A stretch of 64,000 bases of DNA from assembly GCA_963707955.1 (NCBI GenBank), contig OY970176.1, positions 608,001 through 672,000 on the forward strand, given 5' to 3'. A model generated the notes under the pieces. That model worked only from the letters and a program-made list of their open reading frames with translations. It did no database searches and was not told the DNA's origin. A program made the translations under genes and the position numbers. Below, in pieces: positions 52,241 to 61,751 of the stretch (the stretch's first letter is position 1; every line of letters starts with the position of its first letter). The DNA is from Candidatus Bathyarchaeota archaeon. GTDB lineage: Archaea > Thermoproteota > Bathyarchaeia > Bathyarchaeales > Bathycorpusculaceae.

Positions 52241-53176
52241 CTAGGGATTCAGTGTGGGAGTCAGAGACAACTTCAGGTTTCTAAGGAACTCATTTACCTC
52301 CTTGATTAGGCCAGTGCTTGCTAATGAAGGGAGAGACACTATTCCAGTAAGAAAGGAGACAATCTGTATCAAGTCGGCCGCCGTACTGATGGTCTTGTTC
52401 AAATAACGTTTTGCTTCTTTCGCTTTGGTTGAACCCTGTTCTTCCAGTCTTGTTGCGACAGCTGCCACTATTTGTCTGATTTCGTCCTGCCTATTCAATA
52501 TTGTCTTAATCTGTCCTGGAGTCTTGGAAATTTCCGCCAGGATAGCACTCCCCATTTCCTTGATTTCTCTGATGCCTTCTTCTGCTCTCCCTGCGCTTCC
52601 AGCGAGTACCTTCTGTTTTTCAGAGACGTCTTCGATTACGTCTATTATTCTGTCTAGTCTTTCTAATATCAGTAAATCGTTGGCACGAGTCATATTCAAT
52701 AGATGCAATTCACGCTTGGTTTCATTGAAAGATGTCTGTTGCCCAACCAGTACATAGCATTTGCAGCCTGAAATGTCAAATGCATACTTGTCAGTAGATT
52801 TTTCCGAGACAATTCTATCTTCACAATCCATCAGGCTTCGCGACTTATCATCGCTGATGATCTCTCTTTTCAGAAACGTCAGATAGGTGTCCATCTGAAG
52901 TCTTTCTTCTGTGCTGAGATCCTCGAGTTCTCCAAAGTAGATGTTAGCTTCTGTGGCAGATAGCACGCTATGAAGGCCACTTGCGAGATGAACTACAGGC
53001 TTGTTGCGTTTGATTACTGGATCTGACCATATTAGGAAGCAGAAGTCTTGGAACATGCTGAAAACTATCGGCTTGTAACCTGATCTTTGTTTGATCTGGA
53101 TAGGTGCGATAGTTAGTGATTCGTCCACTGCCGATCGAAAGATGAAGTATTGGGTCCCCTTTAAACCGACAACCAC
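52241..53176 (-). CDS. hypothetical protein with coiled coil and C-terminal hydrophobic helix (possibly C-terminal part of a fused gene)
   Basis: 311-aa ORF whose frame stays open upstream across the end of the preceding ORF. Confidence 0.65.
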   Translation of the reverse strand: MVVGLKGTQYFIFRSAVDESLTIAPIQIKQRSGYKPIVFSMFQDFCFLIWSDPVIKRNKPVVHLASGLHSVLSATEANIYFGELEDLSTEERLQMDTYLTFLKREIISDDKSRSLMDCEDRIVSEKSTDKYAFDISGCKCYVLVGQQTSFNETKRELHLLNMTRANDLLILERLDRIIDVIEDVSEKQKVLAGSAGRAEEGIREIKEMGSAILAEISKTPGQIKTILNRQDEIRQIVAAVATRLEEQGSTKAKEAKRYLNKTISTAADLIQIVSFLTGIVSLPSLASTGLIKEVNEFLRNLKLSLTPTLNP

Positions 53177-53205
53177 TTTCTCTGGACTATTCCCAGTTAT
53201 CCAAA

Positions 53206-53886
53206 CTATCTCACGCGATATATTGGTTGCCCCCTCTCGTCTTTTCCGAGTTCTTCAAGATCCAGTGGCGTTTTGTGCAGACCTTCCTGCGCGATTATTC
53301 TGTTCGTCTTCTGCATTGATCTTAACAAATCACAAGCTCTTTGGAGAAGTTTCTTTCCCGCATCTCGAGTTTGTTTGAATGGTGAAAAGAATAGAGACGT
53401 CCCAGTCCTGAGTAGAGATGCTAGTTCACTGAAGACTCTGTGTTCAACAGTTCCCTCAAAATATCTGTTTGTAGCGGTTGTGAACGCATCAGCCAATGCT
53501 TGGAGTCTGGAGTAGGACGGTTGTGTGTCACTTTCTATGGTTCCTACCAGTCCCTCAAAATACTCGTCTGGGTCAACGTTGCCATCAAGAACATGGTTGG
53601 TGGCAGCCACCATCACTTCCTGAATTTGATCGCCAATAGGCTGAAGATCCGCATGCAATATCATGAGGTACATTTTAGCTTTTGGAGTTAAGTTGAATCT
53701 CTCACTGCGTCCCTCGAAGGAAATGTTCGCAAGACCGTAACTGACACACGACTTGAGTATGGCGGACGCAACATTTCGGCTAATACCAGTGCTATTCACG
53801 ACTTCGGTTATGTTCCGAGGCTCTTTCTCGTCGAGCGCACCAAGACATTCAACGAACTCGTCAAGCCATGGTTTTGTTCGACTCAT
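53206..53886 (-). CDS. N-terminal winged-HTH protein
   Basis: PRNITEVVNSTGISRNVASAIL...FNLTPKA; GGAGGTG SD upstream. Confidence 0.65.
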   Translation of the reverse strand: MSRTKPWLDEFVECLGALDEKEPRNITEVVNSTGISRNVASAILKSCVSYGLANISFEGRSERFNLTPKAKMYLMILHADLQPIGDQIQEVMVAATNHVLDGNVDPDEYFEGLVGTIESDTQPSYSRLQALADAFTTATNRYFEGTVEHRVFSELASLLRTGTSLFFSPFKQTRDAGKKLLQRACDLLRSMQKTNRIIAQEGLHKTPLDLEELGKDERGQPIYRVR

Positions 53887-54074
53887 CTGCCATTTCACCT
53901 CCTGATTTGTATTACTTGAACGCAAGCATTCGCAAAGGGCAAATGCAATGCATGCATTGTATGCATTGCGCCCATAAATATAAATGTTTCCCTCACCCAA
54001 AAGCACAGTATGTTACAATGAGCTACTTCTCACCAATTGCTTCAAGTTGAAGTCTCGCCAGAACCCCAACCCGA

Positions 54075-55604
54075 TTAGTTTTGATAGTAATTGAACGCTA
54101 ATGAGTACAATGCTCCAGGACTGGAAGCGCTTTGGTCTGTTCTTATCAGTTTGCATGCGCTGTCTAATATTTTCCTCGGTTCAGCTTTGACAGTAACCTT
54201 ATTTTGAGAGAGTGTATCCATGGTTTCCGTGTCTGTTGGAAACGATGGGTTTCTTTCTTTTTTGAAGATTCCCCCGAGAATTCGGTCATTATTCTCTGCT
54301 ATTCGAGTCCCAATGTGAAGAGCAGCATTTGAGATGCAGTCCATGCACTGTATGTGTGATTCGTAGATGTCCTCTTCTACTCGTTTATGTTCAAGAAGAT
54401 ACTTCAGTAACGATGTGCTTTCATTTTCGATTTCGGAAAAACAGCTAGCTGCCTCTTCGGCATATTCTCTAGGAAGACTCGACAACTTCTGAATGGAGTT
54501 GTCTGAGTTAGCGTTTACGTAGGCGAGGACAATTGAGATTCTCAAGAGAACACCTGTGAAAAATCTCGAATTCCATCTCAGCCTCTGCGAATCGGGCCGC
54601 ACTCTGGCAACTGCTGGTTCAAATACATAGTCTTTCATAGCTCGAATATATGAGGTGCCTGCAATTCGCAAGGCGATAATATCCATAAGCGATTCGTAGA
54701 GGTGTCTCGTAAAAGGTTTGTTTGTTGCATATTCAACAAAACTCTGTGGGGTTGGGGCGTTCAGAGTATCCTGCCATTTCTTGAAAGGACAGAAACTCAT
54801 GTTTTTGTTGAGTTTGGTATTGCAGCCTCCCATTATTTCCAACAACTTCTGTCGCAGACCAAAGATACATTCGAGTGTATCACTTAGTACAGTCACAGAC
54901 TCTGGAGCGAGCGAGCGTGGTCTTCCAAGCTCATCAAAGCTTGTCTGACATGCTGCGTGCGAGATCTCATGTGCGAGTATTAAAAGTCCCTGAAGATTAT
55001 ATTTAACATCCATAGCAAGATTCAGATGAAAAGTCTTGTGAAGAAGTGTGTACCGGCCCCCCGGAAGTGATTGTTGCAGTTGAAGTTCAGACCAGGAAAC
55101 AAACTTGTCCCATCTCACTCCTGACATGTTCAGGTATGAGAGATAGTTGTTAACTAGTTTATCAGCAGCTACCAAGTAGAGTTCGTTTCCGCAACTTCTT
55201 TCAGGGCTGAATGGAATGCCAGCTATTATGTACGGAAGCTCCACACTATCTGTTCTCTGGAAAAAGCCCGATTTTATGAACGACACGATTCTTGCTATTT
55301 TCTCTATTGCATATTTTGCATCTGCGATGGCGATCATTTTATCGCTGTCGCTTTGTTCAGATTCATTCTCCTCGCTTCCTGCGTATCTTGTAACCTGACT
55401 TGAGAAAAATCTAATCTCGTCATCCAACCCTCCCTGACCAAAAATATCAGGGAGGATATCGCTATTTTCAAATGCCTTGCTGGCGAATTTCCATCGGTCT
55501 TTAAGTGTTAGATATTCACTCAGAAGACCTCTGTACTTGCGGAGAACGTCTCGGAAGACTTCATCAGAGCATGCATATCTGTCAGTCTTTATCAAGGATC
55601 TCAT
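54075..55604 (-). CDS. HEXXH-motif (zincin-like) protein
   Basis: ILAHEISHA plus downstream YESLMDIIA (ExxxD). Confidence 0.65.
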   Translation of the reverse strand: MRSLIKTDRYACSDEVFRDVLRKYRGLLSEYLTLKDRWKFASKAFENSDILPDIFGQGGLDDEIRFFSSQVTRYAGSEENESEQSDSDKMIAIADAKYAIEKIARIVSFIKSGFFQRTDSVELPYIIAGIPFSPERSCGNELYLVAADKLVNNYLSYLNMSGVRWDKFVSWSELQLQQSLPGGRYTLLHKTFHLNLAMDVKYNLQGLLILAHEISHAACQTSFDELGRPRSLAPESVTVLSDTLECIFGLRQKLLEIMGGCNTKLNKNMSFCPFKKWQDTLNAPTPQSFVEYATNKPFTRHLYESLMDIIALRIAGTSYIRAMKDYVFEPAVARVRPDSQRLRWNSRFFTGVLLRISIVLAYVNANSDNSIQKLSSLPREYAEEAASCFSEIENESTSLLKYLLEHKRVEEDIYESHIQCMDCISNAALHIGTRIAENNDRILGGIFKKERNPSFPTDTETMDTLSQNKVTVKAEPRKILDSACKLIRTDQSASSPGALYSLAFNYYQN

Positions 55605-56451
55605 CCAAAACTATCTGTTTTTCGAACTTCAATACAGTCCCAGTCCAATTGGGTGGTCCCGAAGATCTGAAGTTCTTTCGCATTTGCTTTATTACTTTTA
55701 GCAGGGCTTGTGGCGAGGATCTTTTGGTGTCTCTTGCGAGATCAAAGTATCCAAGCCGATATCTTGTGCCGCGATATCGAATCATTTTTTTAAGTAGCGC
55801 ATTGTCACCAAGCTTTACGTTAATGGTTCCAGAAACAACATCCTTTTTAGGTGCCTCTGTATGCTGATTACATATTATCATGAAAGTGCAAAAATCTCTT
55901 GCAAACTTGGTTCTCGCCCTGACAGCGATAATAGACCTAGATAGAGCGTCATAACTTTCACCCTCGAGTTTCAACAGGTAGGATACAAAACTCGGATTCC
56001 ACATGAAATGATAGCCGATGTTTGGATGCTTCTTCTCTATATGTTTCAGTGCTTCCAGAATGTCTGAGAGGTCGTTATTAGCAATCCTAAAAACCGAATA
56101 CGCTCTATATGGCGGGAGAGATTTCGGCCTTTCTCCTGACCATTTATGGCTTCGCATCGGAAAACAAAGCAGTGATAGAAAGGAGCCTTCGAAAGAACGA
56201 GCCCTGAAGAATTCTTTCCGAATCGTATTTAGTAACTCAAAACCGGCTTCAGGGGACGCAGGTTGGATGTCAAAAACGTAGTCAAATCTTCCAAAGCATA
56301 CGCCAAAAAAGCTGGGCACACTAGAATTCTCTTCTAGGATTCTTAAAATCCTTGACTCCACCATGCGCAAATTCCTAGTGAGAACGAAGGTGACTATTTC
56401 TGGGACTGGCGAGATTAGAAGTTCTTGCGTACCTTCTTGCGCGTTGCTCAA
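55582..56451 (-). CDS. hypothetical protein with Lrp/AsnC-like ferredoxin-fold repeats
   Basis: CFGRFDYV and RLGYFDL (GxxD) motifs; overlaps the HEXXH gene start. Confidence 0.55.
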   Translation of the reverse strand: MSNAQEGTQELLISPVPEIVTFVLTRNLRMVESRILRILEENSSVPSFFGVCFGRFDYVFDIQPASPEAGFELLNTIRKEFFRARSFEGSFLSLLCFPMRSHKWSGERPKSLPPYRAYSVFRIANNDLSDILEALKHIEKKHPNIGYHFMWNPSFVSYLLKLEGESYDALSRSIIAVRARTKFARDFCTFMIICNQHTEAPKKDVVSGTINVKLGDNALLKKMIRYRGTRYRLGYFDLARDTKRSSPQALLKVIKQMRKNFRSSGPPNWTGTVLKFEKQIVLDEILDKD

Positions 56452-56964
56452 GAGACATGCACCATGCCAAAAACTCGAGATAGCTCAGTTCCTCTTACTT
56501 GCGGTTTCTTACAGATCGACGTGGTCTATCAAAATCCCCTCATTCACCTTCATATGAAGGAGAGAAAAACGACTCGCCTATCCGTGGATCCCTTGATTTT
56601 GCCACGAGTCTTGTACGCCTATCCAGCTCACCCTTGGGAGGGGGTAGAGTGACCACATACTCACGGATGCGTTCAAGACGAATTCTTAGTTTGCGATCCA
56701 CGCATAGTCCCACGGCTCCCTTATCCGGTGATACTGTATTATGTCTTGTGAAACCAGAATAATGATTCCTGACCATCTCTAGCACCAAAGAGCTGTTTTC
56801 TTACTAGAAAACTAGCAAGTTAACTTAAAGCTTTCTACGACGCGGTCACCTCGGTCATCTACTCCACAGCCACTGTTCCAGTTCGGGCACCAACACAGCG
56901 CCGATTAATAGGATTTTCCGGAACGCGTAACGGAGTAATCTTCAAGGAGCCCTATAGCATAATG

Positions 56965-57005
56965 AGGGTTCAAACGCGGGCTCTGGACGCCAAGCGACCC
57001 CACCA
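56965..57005 (+). repeat. degenerate direct repeat B ending in tRNA-Pro-like 3' end
   Basis: agggttcaaacgcgggctctggacgccaagcgaccccacca. Confidence 0.65.
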
Positions 57006-57233
57006 TAACTACAAAGGTTTTGTCACAGCTACTTCTGCGTTTTATGTTTATAAAACGAAGCTCAACAGGTTGTCCTAGAAAGTCCAAAATGAGAAAAAGT
57101 ACTGAAGAGAATACTTCGAAGTTGTCCTTCAGAATGGTTGATGGGAAGACGCGAAATCTTCAGACCTTTCGCTCTGAAGCTTTCCTGCTTCCTCATGTGC
57201 AAAGTAGCGTTTCCGTTTTCTGACAAGATTAAT

Positions 57234-58292
57234 CTATGACAAGGTTCGTTGTTCCAGAAAACCCAAGACGCGTCCAATGGTTTCACTGTAGGAAAGAGTT
57301 GTCCTCGCACCTGCCGCTCTGGAATTAGGACCTCCGCCTCCGAGGAATTTCGCAAGAGGTCTAACATCGTATGGAGCAAAAAGACATCGAAAAACGACTT
57401 TCCCGTTTTTATAAGCAACATAGAGAGCATGGTCTTTTTCTCGTTCGCATACGTCACTAATGAAATTGATACTTGAAAAATAGAGATTGCAAAACTTGAC
57501 TTTCAACCCGCTTCTGAAAAACACATCATACTTATCCTTGAGGAACTCCTCTATTCTTGAAAGGTCTTCTTGATATTTTTGTAAAGCGAACGATAACTTG
57601 GTATCTTCGTGCAATAGTTTGTTTATGTTGTTTGCCAGACATGCATCAAGAAAAGAGTCATAGGTATATTCAGGGCCTGCTGTAGCAATCGAAGCTCTAA
57701 CAACCTTGGCTAAGGACATTAGCTTTGATGTTATTACGGATTCCAAATCGAATCGGTCAATTAATCCCATTTTCTTTATGAGATCGAACATCTCAAAGCT
57801 ATCTTCTATGCAGTAATCTTGGGCAGCGCCTATTCCTCCCACCCAGCACCTTTGACTAAAAAAGTCGCGGTCGATATTCATGAGGATTTTCCATACTAGA
57901 GCTGAGGAGTTGAGGAAGTCAACATTGTCTAAGTGGGGATTGCAATCAATGAAATTCCTATCATTAATATGGAGAATATCATGGTGATCAAGATTCATTA
58001 TTCTTGTTTCTTTTAAGATATCTGAAAGATAGTTTGTATACTGCTGCAAGGGGCTGTCTACTATAATCAAGTACTTAGGTTGGCGGTCCTTGATGGACTT
58101 TAGAATTTCATAGTATTGACAAAATCTAGATGGATATGAAATCTCTGCACGAACACCATATTTCGATACAAAATAGGCATTCAATAAAACGCTCGCACTG
58201 AACCCGTCGTGGTCAGCATGTGACATTATCATGCAATCACGAGGCGAGATTTCCTGCAAAATAGCAACAACATTTTTGAGATTTTCAGTCAT
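57234..58292 (-). CDS. DHH/DHHA1 family phosphoesterase
   Basis: HADHDG, IIVD, LDHHD, GGGGPNSRAAG. Confidence 0.88.
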   Translation of the reverse strand: MTENLKNVVAILQEISPRDCMIMSHADHDGFSASVLLNAYFVSKYGVRAEISYPSRFCQYYEILKSIKDRQPKYLIIVDSPLQQYTNYLSDILKETRIMNLDHHDILHINDRNFIDCNPHLDNVDFLNSSALVWKILMNIDRDFFSQRCWVGGIGAAQDYCIEDSFEMFDLIKKMGLIDRFDLESVITSKLMSLAKVVRASIATAGPEYTYDSFLDACLANNINKLLHEDTKLSFALQKYQEDLSRIEEFLKDKYDVFFRSGLKVKFCNLYFSSINFISDVCEREKDHALYVAYKNGKVVFRCLFAPYDVRPLAKFLGGGGPNSRAAGARTTLSYSETIGRVLGFLEQRTLS

Positions 58293-58307
58293 AAGACAAG
58301 CCTCGCA

Positions 58308-59993
58308 TTAGAAGGCATCGTCCACACACGCGAAGTTCGATGCACTTACTTGTCGATGCAAACCTAGTCTGGCAACATAAGAATAATGAGCCATTCGTTT
58401 TTCAACTTTAGTCATTAGAACCTCTTTTTTGAATTCGTTGGGATTTCTAATGAGATCAATGATTTCTGGAAGTGTTAAAAAGTATATGTCTTTCTCATGG
58501 ATCAGTTTACTTGAGGTAAATTGCTTGCCTGCTAGAGTGAAGAAAGGTCGAATAATAGACAGGTTACGGATCCAATGGTGATGATGATTATCTCTTTCCT
58601 GAGAAAGTTTCCTAGCTGCATTCAACGTGAACGTAAAGCTTTCATTATCAGAAACACCAAGTTTACCCTCAACAAAATCAACTGTTTGTCCAAACTTAAG
58701 CTTGTTCTCCTTAAGAGATACATGTTCTTTAGTTTCGTGATCAGACTTTCTAATTGCAGAAAGCATACCAATTGCATTCGATATGGGATCGAAATAAGGA
58801 TCTCTTGTCCGTATCCACCACCAATTGTTAGTGTGGTTTTGTAACCGCTCTAGCCAATCGCGACCATCTGGTATTTTGGCAATGCTACCCATTATTGTTC
58901 TTTCATCCTGCGCTGAAAAGATCTGATCCTTGATTTCCTCTGAAGCACTTTCAAGCAGGCGTGACGTTTCGATTGCAAACCTATTAGAAATTACTATCTC
59001 CTTCACGTCAACTGGCCTTAATAGAATGCTCATGCAATCGGCAACAGTTGCATTATCCCTACAAGCCTTTGCTACCAGTTCACGTAGACGCGGACCGACG
59101 ATGTCATCGCCCATTGATTGTATTAGATATGTGTGGGAAAAGAACTCGTTATGTACTGCCCACCAAGAGATAAAATGCTCAACAAGCTCAGGAGAGACTG
59201 CCTGTTCGCTGGTTAATACACTCTCAAATCTTGCGGTCGCCTTGTCGAAGCTTTCGTATACTTCTTGAAGCCGGTGCAGAAACCAACCCCAGTAAAGGCT
59301 ATCATTTTGGATAAATTTCTGAGAAAGTCGCTTAAGTAACCGGCTTGTCGTTTGAAACTCGATACAAACATTTTGGTGATACCTGACATACAGGGGCGAC
59401 AAATCTTCGAAGCCAAGAGCATGGGGAACCCTTTCAATTCCGCCTCCTATCAGAGAGCGCTGAACAAAAGATCCGTATATCTCTGGCCTTGGCGTAATCC
59501 ACTGGTACTCTTTTTCCTTGTCCGGGGCTTTCCAAGCATAATCTATCCGTTCACACAAAGGCAGAGTGAGGAACACTTTCTGTGCAAAAACTGGGACGCT
59601 ATTTCCAAATATCGTAAACCTGGTAAGAGCGTCATTTTTGTTTTCCGTGCTCAAGAGTCCTTCCAAAATATGTACCTGGCCGTTTGTTCCATCTACTTTG
59701 ACCAACATACCATCTTTCAGCAATATCGTAGCATTTTGCGTTCCTGTGACACAGGGAATAGCTCTCTCCCTCGAAATAACAGCCGCATGGCAAGTAAGAC
59801 CACCACTGTCAGTAATGATTGCTGAGCATTTTCCCATAGCAAGGACCATATCGGGATTTGTCATTCGAGCGACAATGATATCTCCCCTTTCAACCTTTTT
59901 CAAGTCAGCATTGCTAAAAACTATTCTTACTCTTCCCTCCGCACTCCCACCACTTGCCGGAATGCCTGTTATGATTTGCGTTGGTTTGCTCAT
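58308..59993 (-). CDS. PEP-utilising phosphohistidine swivel domain fused to a helical substrate-binding domain
   Basis: GIPASGGSAEGRV, GGLTCHAAVISRE, VDGTNG at the N-terminus; C-terminal DIYFLTLPEI reminiscent of rifampin-phosphotransferase-like proteins. Confidence 0.8.
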   Translation of the reverse strand: MSKPTQIITGIPASGGSAEGRVRIVFSNADLKKVERGDIIVARMTNPDMVLAMGKCSAIITDSGGLTCHAAVISRERAIPCVTGTQNATILLKDGMLVKVDGTNGQVHILEGLLSTENKNDALTRFTIFGNSVPVFAQKVFLTLPLCERIDYAWKAPDKEKEYQWITPRPEIYGSFVQRSLIGGGIERVPHALGFEDLSPLYVRYHQNVCIEFQTTSRLLKRLSQKFIQNDSLYWGWFLHRLQEVYESFDKATARFESVLTSEQAVSPELVEHFISWWAVHNEFFSHTYLIQSMGDDIVGPRLRELVAKACRDNATVADCMSILLRPVDVKEIVISNRFAIETSRLLESASEEIKDQIFSAQDERTIMGSIAKIPDGRDWLERLQNHTNNWWWIRTRDPYFDPISNAIGMLSAIRKSDHETKEHVSLKENKLKFGQTVDFVEGKLGVSDNESFTFTLNAARKLSQERDNHHHHWIRNLSIIRPFFTLAGKQFTSSKLIHEKDIYFLTLPEIIDLIRNPNEFKKEVLMTKVEKRMAHYSYVARLGLHRQVSASNFACVDDAF

Positions 59994-60117
59994 GTGGATG
60001 ATTCCAATTGATCTATTAGTTTATTTGCAAGAAGCTAATATTTGTATTTTGCCTGGTCACTTACGTGAGGCAGATTCTAGGATTAACATATAAGGCACAG
60101 ATAATCCTTCATTATTT

Positions 60118-60861
60118 ATGGCATTTCCAGTGGAGTTTGAAAGCTATGAAGTTTTCAGGATTATTCTACCTGGATATTTAGCATTGGGTGCTATCTTGCT
60201 CTCTTTGTACAGCTTCTCAATTACTCAACCGTTTTTAATTGACTTCTCAATAGCCTTAGGTCCGACTGTATTATTAGCGTCTATGATTGGATTGGGCTTG
60301 TTCCTGGGTCTAGTACTGTATGATTATGATCACCCACGACGCACCGGTTTCTATAAGACTCGTATAAGGACATCTCTGCCTTCCTTGCATTTGAAAAATA
60401 TCCTTTGTGATTCGTGCAATCACAAATGTAGGAATGCAATTGGGGATTCAGATACTGCAAGCTCGACGTATTTCTATTTATTCTACGGCTATTTTGATTC
60501 TAGTTCGCAAAAGACTGCGAATTTCTTTGGATCCATTTATAGAATATTCGCAGACATGCGGGCTATATTTGGATTAATATGGGTAACTCAGCTGTCATTT
60601 GGTCTTTTTGATTTGGTTCCGCTGATTATGAATGGTGCAATTGTGAGTCCTTCTCTCACTGCGGTTAATCTGACACTCTTTGTGGTTTTCCTACCATTGT
60701 GGCTACGTTTACATCCTGAATTCTATTCTAACCGATTGAGCAAAGGTGACCAATATATGCTCAATGCGATTAATTTCCAGAAGAGGTATCTCGATTTGAA
60801 GATTAACGATTTTAGAGGCTTGATATGTCTTCCGCCGACAAACAAGATGGCGGAGTATTAG
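60118..60861 (+). CDS. integral membrane protein (about 4 TM)
   Basis: Hydrophobic segments; YEVFRIILPG N-terminus; CxxCxxxC in the loop. Confidence 0.7.
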   Translation: MAFPVEFESYEVFRIILPGYLALGAILLSLYSFSITQPFLIDFSIALGPTVLLASMIGLGLFLGLVLYDYDHPRRTGFYKTRIRTSLPSLHLKNILCDSCNHKCRNAIGDSDTASSTYFYLFYGYFDSSSQKTANFFGSIYRIFADMRAIFGLIWVTQLSFGLFDLVPLIMNGAIVSPSLTAVNLTLFVVFLPLWLRLHPEFYSNRLSKGDQYMLNAINFQKRYLDLKINDFRGLICLPPTNKMAEY

Positions 60862-61034
60862 AGATCTTAACACCACGATATCTCCAGCGTGCGCTAAATG
60901 AGGATTTGTCTTGGTAAGCTATTGATATTGAAGTCTCAAATAGTTCGTAATCCAGCCTTAATCATGTTGCCATCTACACTGGTTTTTACTGCGTGCGCAT
61001 GCGAGAGAACGCTGGTAACGCGCTTTTGATTTGT

Positions 61035-61214
61035 CTTTCGTTTTATTGGAAAAAAACGAAAGCTTCAGTTTCTTCGCATAAAACGAAAAGATACCAAGGA
61101 AGTACAGAAAAACAGAACTTGAGAAGAAAAACACGCTTCGCCCCTCTCTCGTTTCTTTTGATTTCTGGACAAACATATATGTTTGTCATGTTCGTTTTAT
61201 GTAAATAAAACGAA
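61035..61214. repeat. cluster of palindromic sites CGTTTTAT-N4-A(T/A)AAAACG plus a perfect 20-bp palindrome
   Basis: Sites at 61039-61058 and 61193-61212 (also 57038-57057); GACAAACATATATGTTTGTC at 61168-61187. Confidence 0.7.
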
Positions 61215-61751
61215 AACGTTATAACTACTTATCGGCGACAAAAATCGTTTTCACAGAAGAAAATCCAGATTTGGAGATTGGACAAAATCTCACACCCCGC
61301 GCCAATTCCGCGTGTTATTTGAAATCTTTCTTTAGCGCGCTGCCTTGTCGCTTTATTATGCGTGCACACTTGAACAGCCACGTAGCCCCGCATCCAACAT
61401 GAACGGCTTCATCGTTTTCAACGATGCTCGTCGACTGTATATGCAAAATGTATATGCTTTTTGTATATGCTCTTACGTGCGCGCTATTGGCGAATTCAGG
61501 GACAAGCCAGCGCGCGGGCTAAACAGCTAGAAGAGGAAATGCCAGAAGAAGAGGAATGAAAGTGAAAGATTGGGAAAAGCGAACTATTCGCAAATATGCT
61601 AATATGGGAGTCCTTGACCACCGCGTTGACTGTGATTATTTTGTAACGGGAAAGTCTGATATACATTACGGTCATTTCATATTCAGAATTAGCGCGCGCG
61701 ACAACAACCGCGTAGATGAATCAAACAGTGATTTAGGAAAGTGAGAGCATC

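Larger units (their letters stand above)
46734..61305. mobile_element. integrative element/genomic island in tRNA-Ser(GCT)
   Basis: 21-bp direct repeat aaatc(c/t)cacaccccgcgccaa at 46734-46754 and 61285-61305; integrase adjacent to the tRNA; AT-richer cargo. Confidence 0.88.

Noticed and set aside
56879-56892. gttcgggcacca as another tRNA 3' remnant
   Set aside because: Too short and has no T-arm; could be chance
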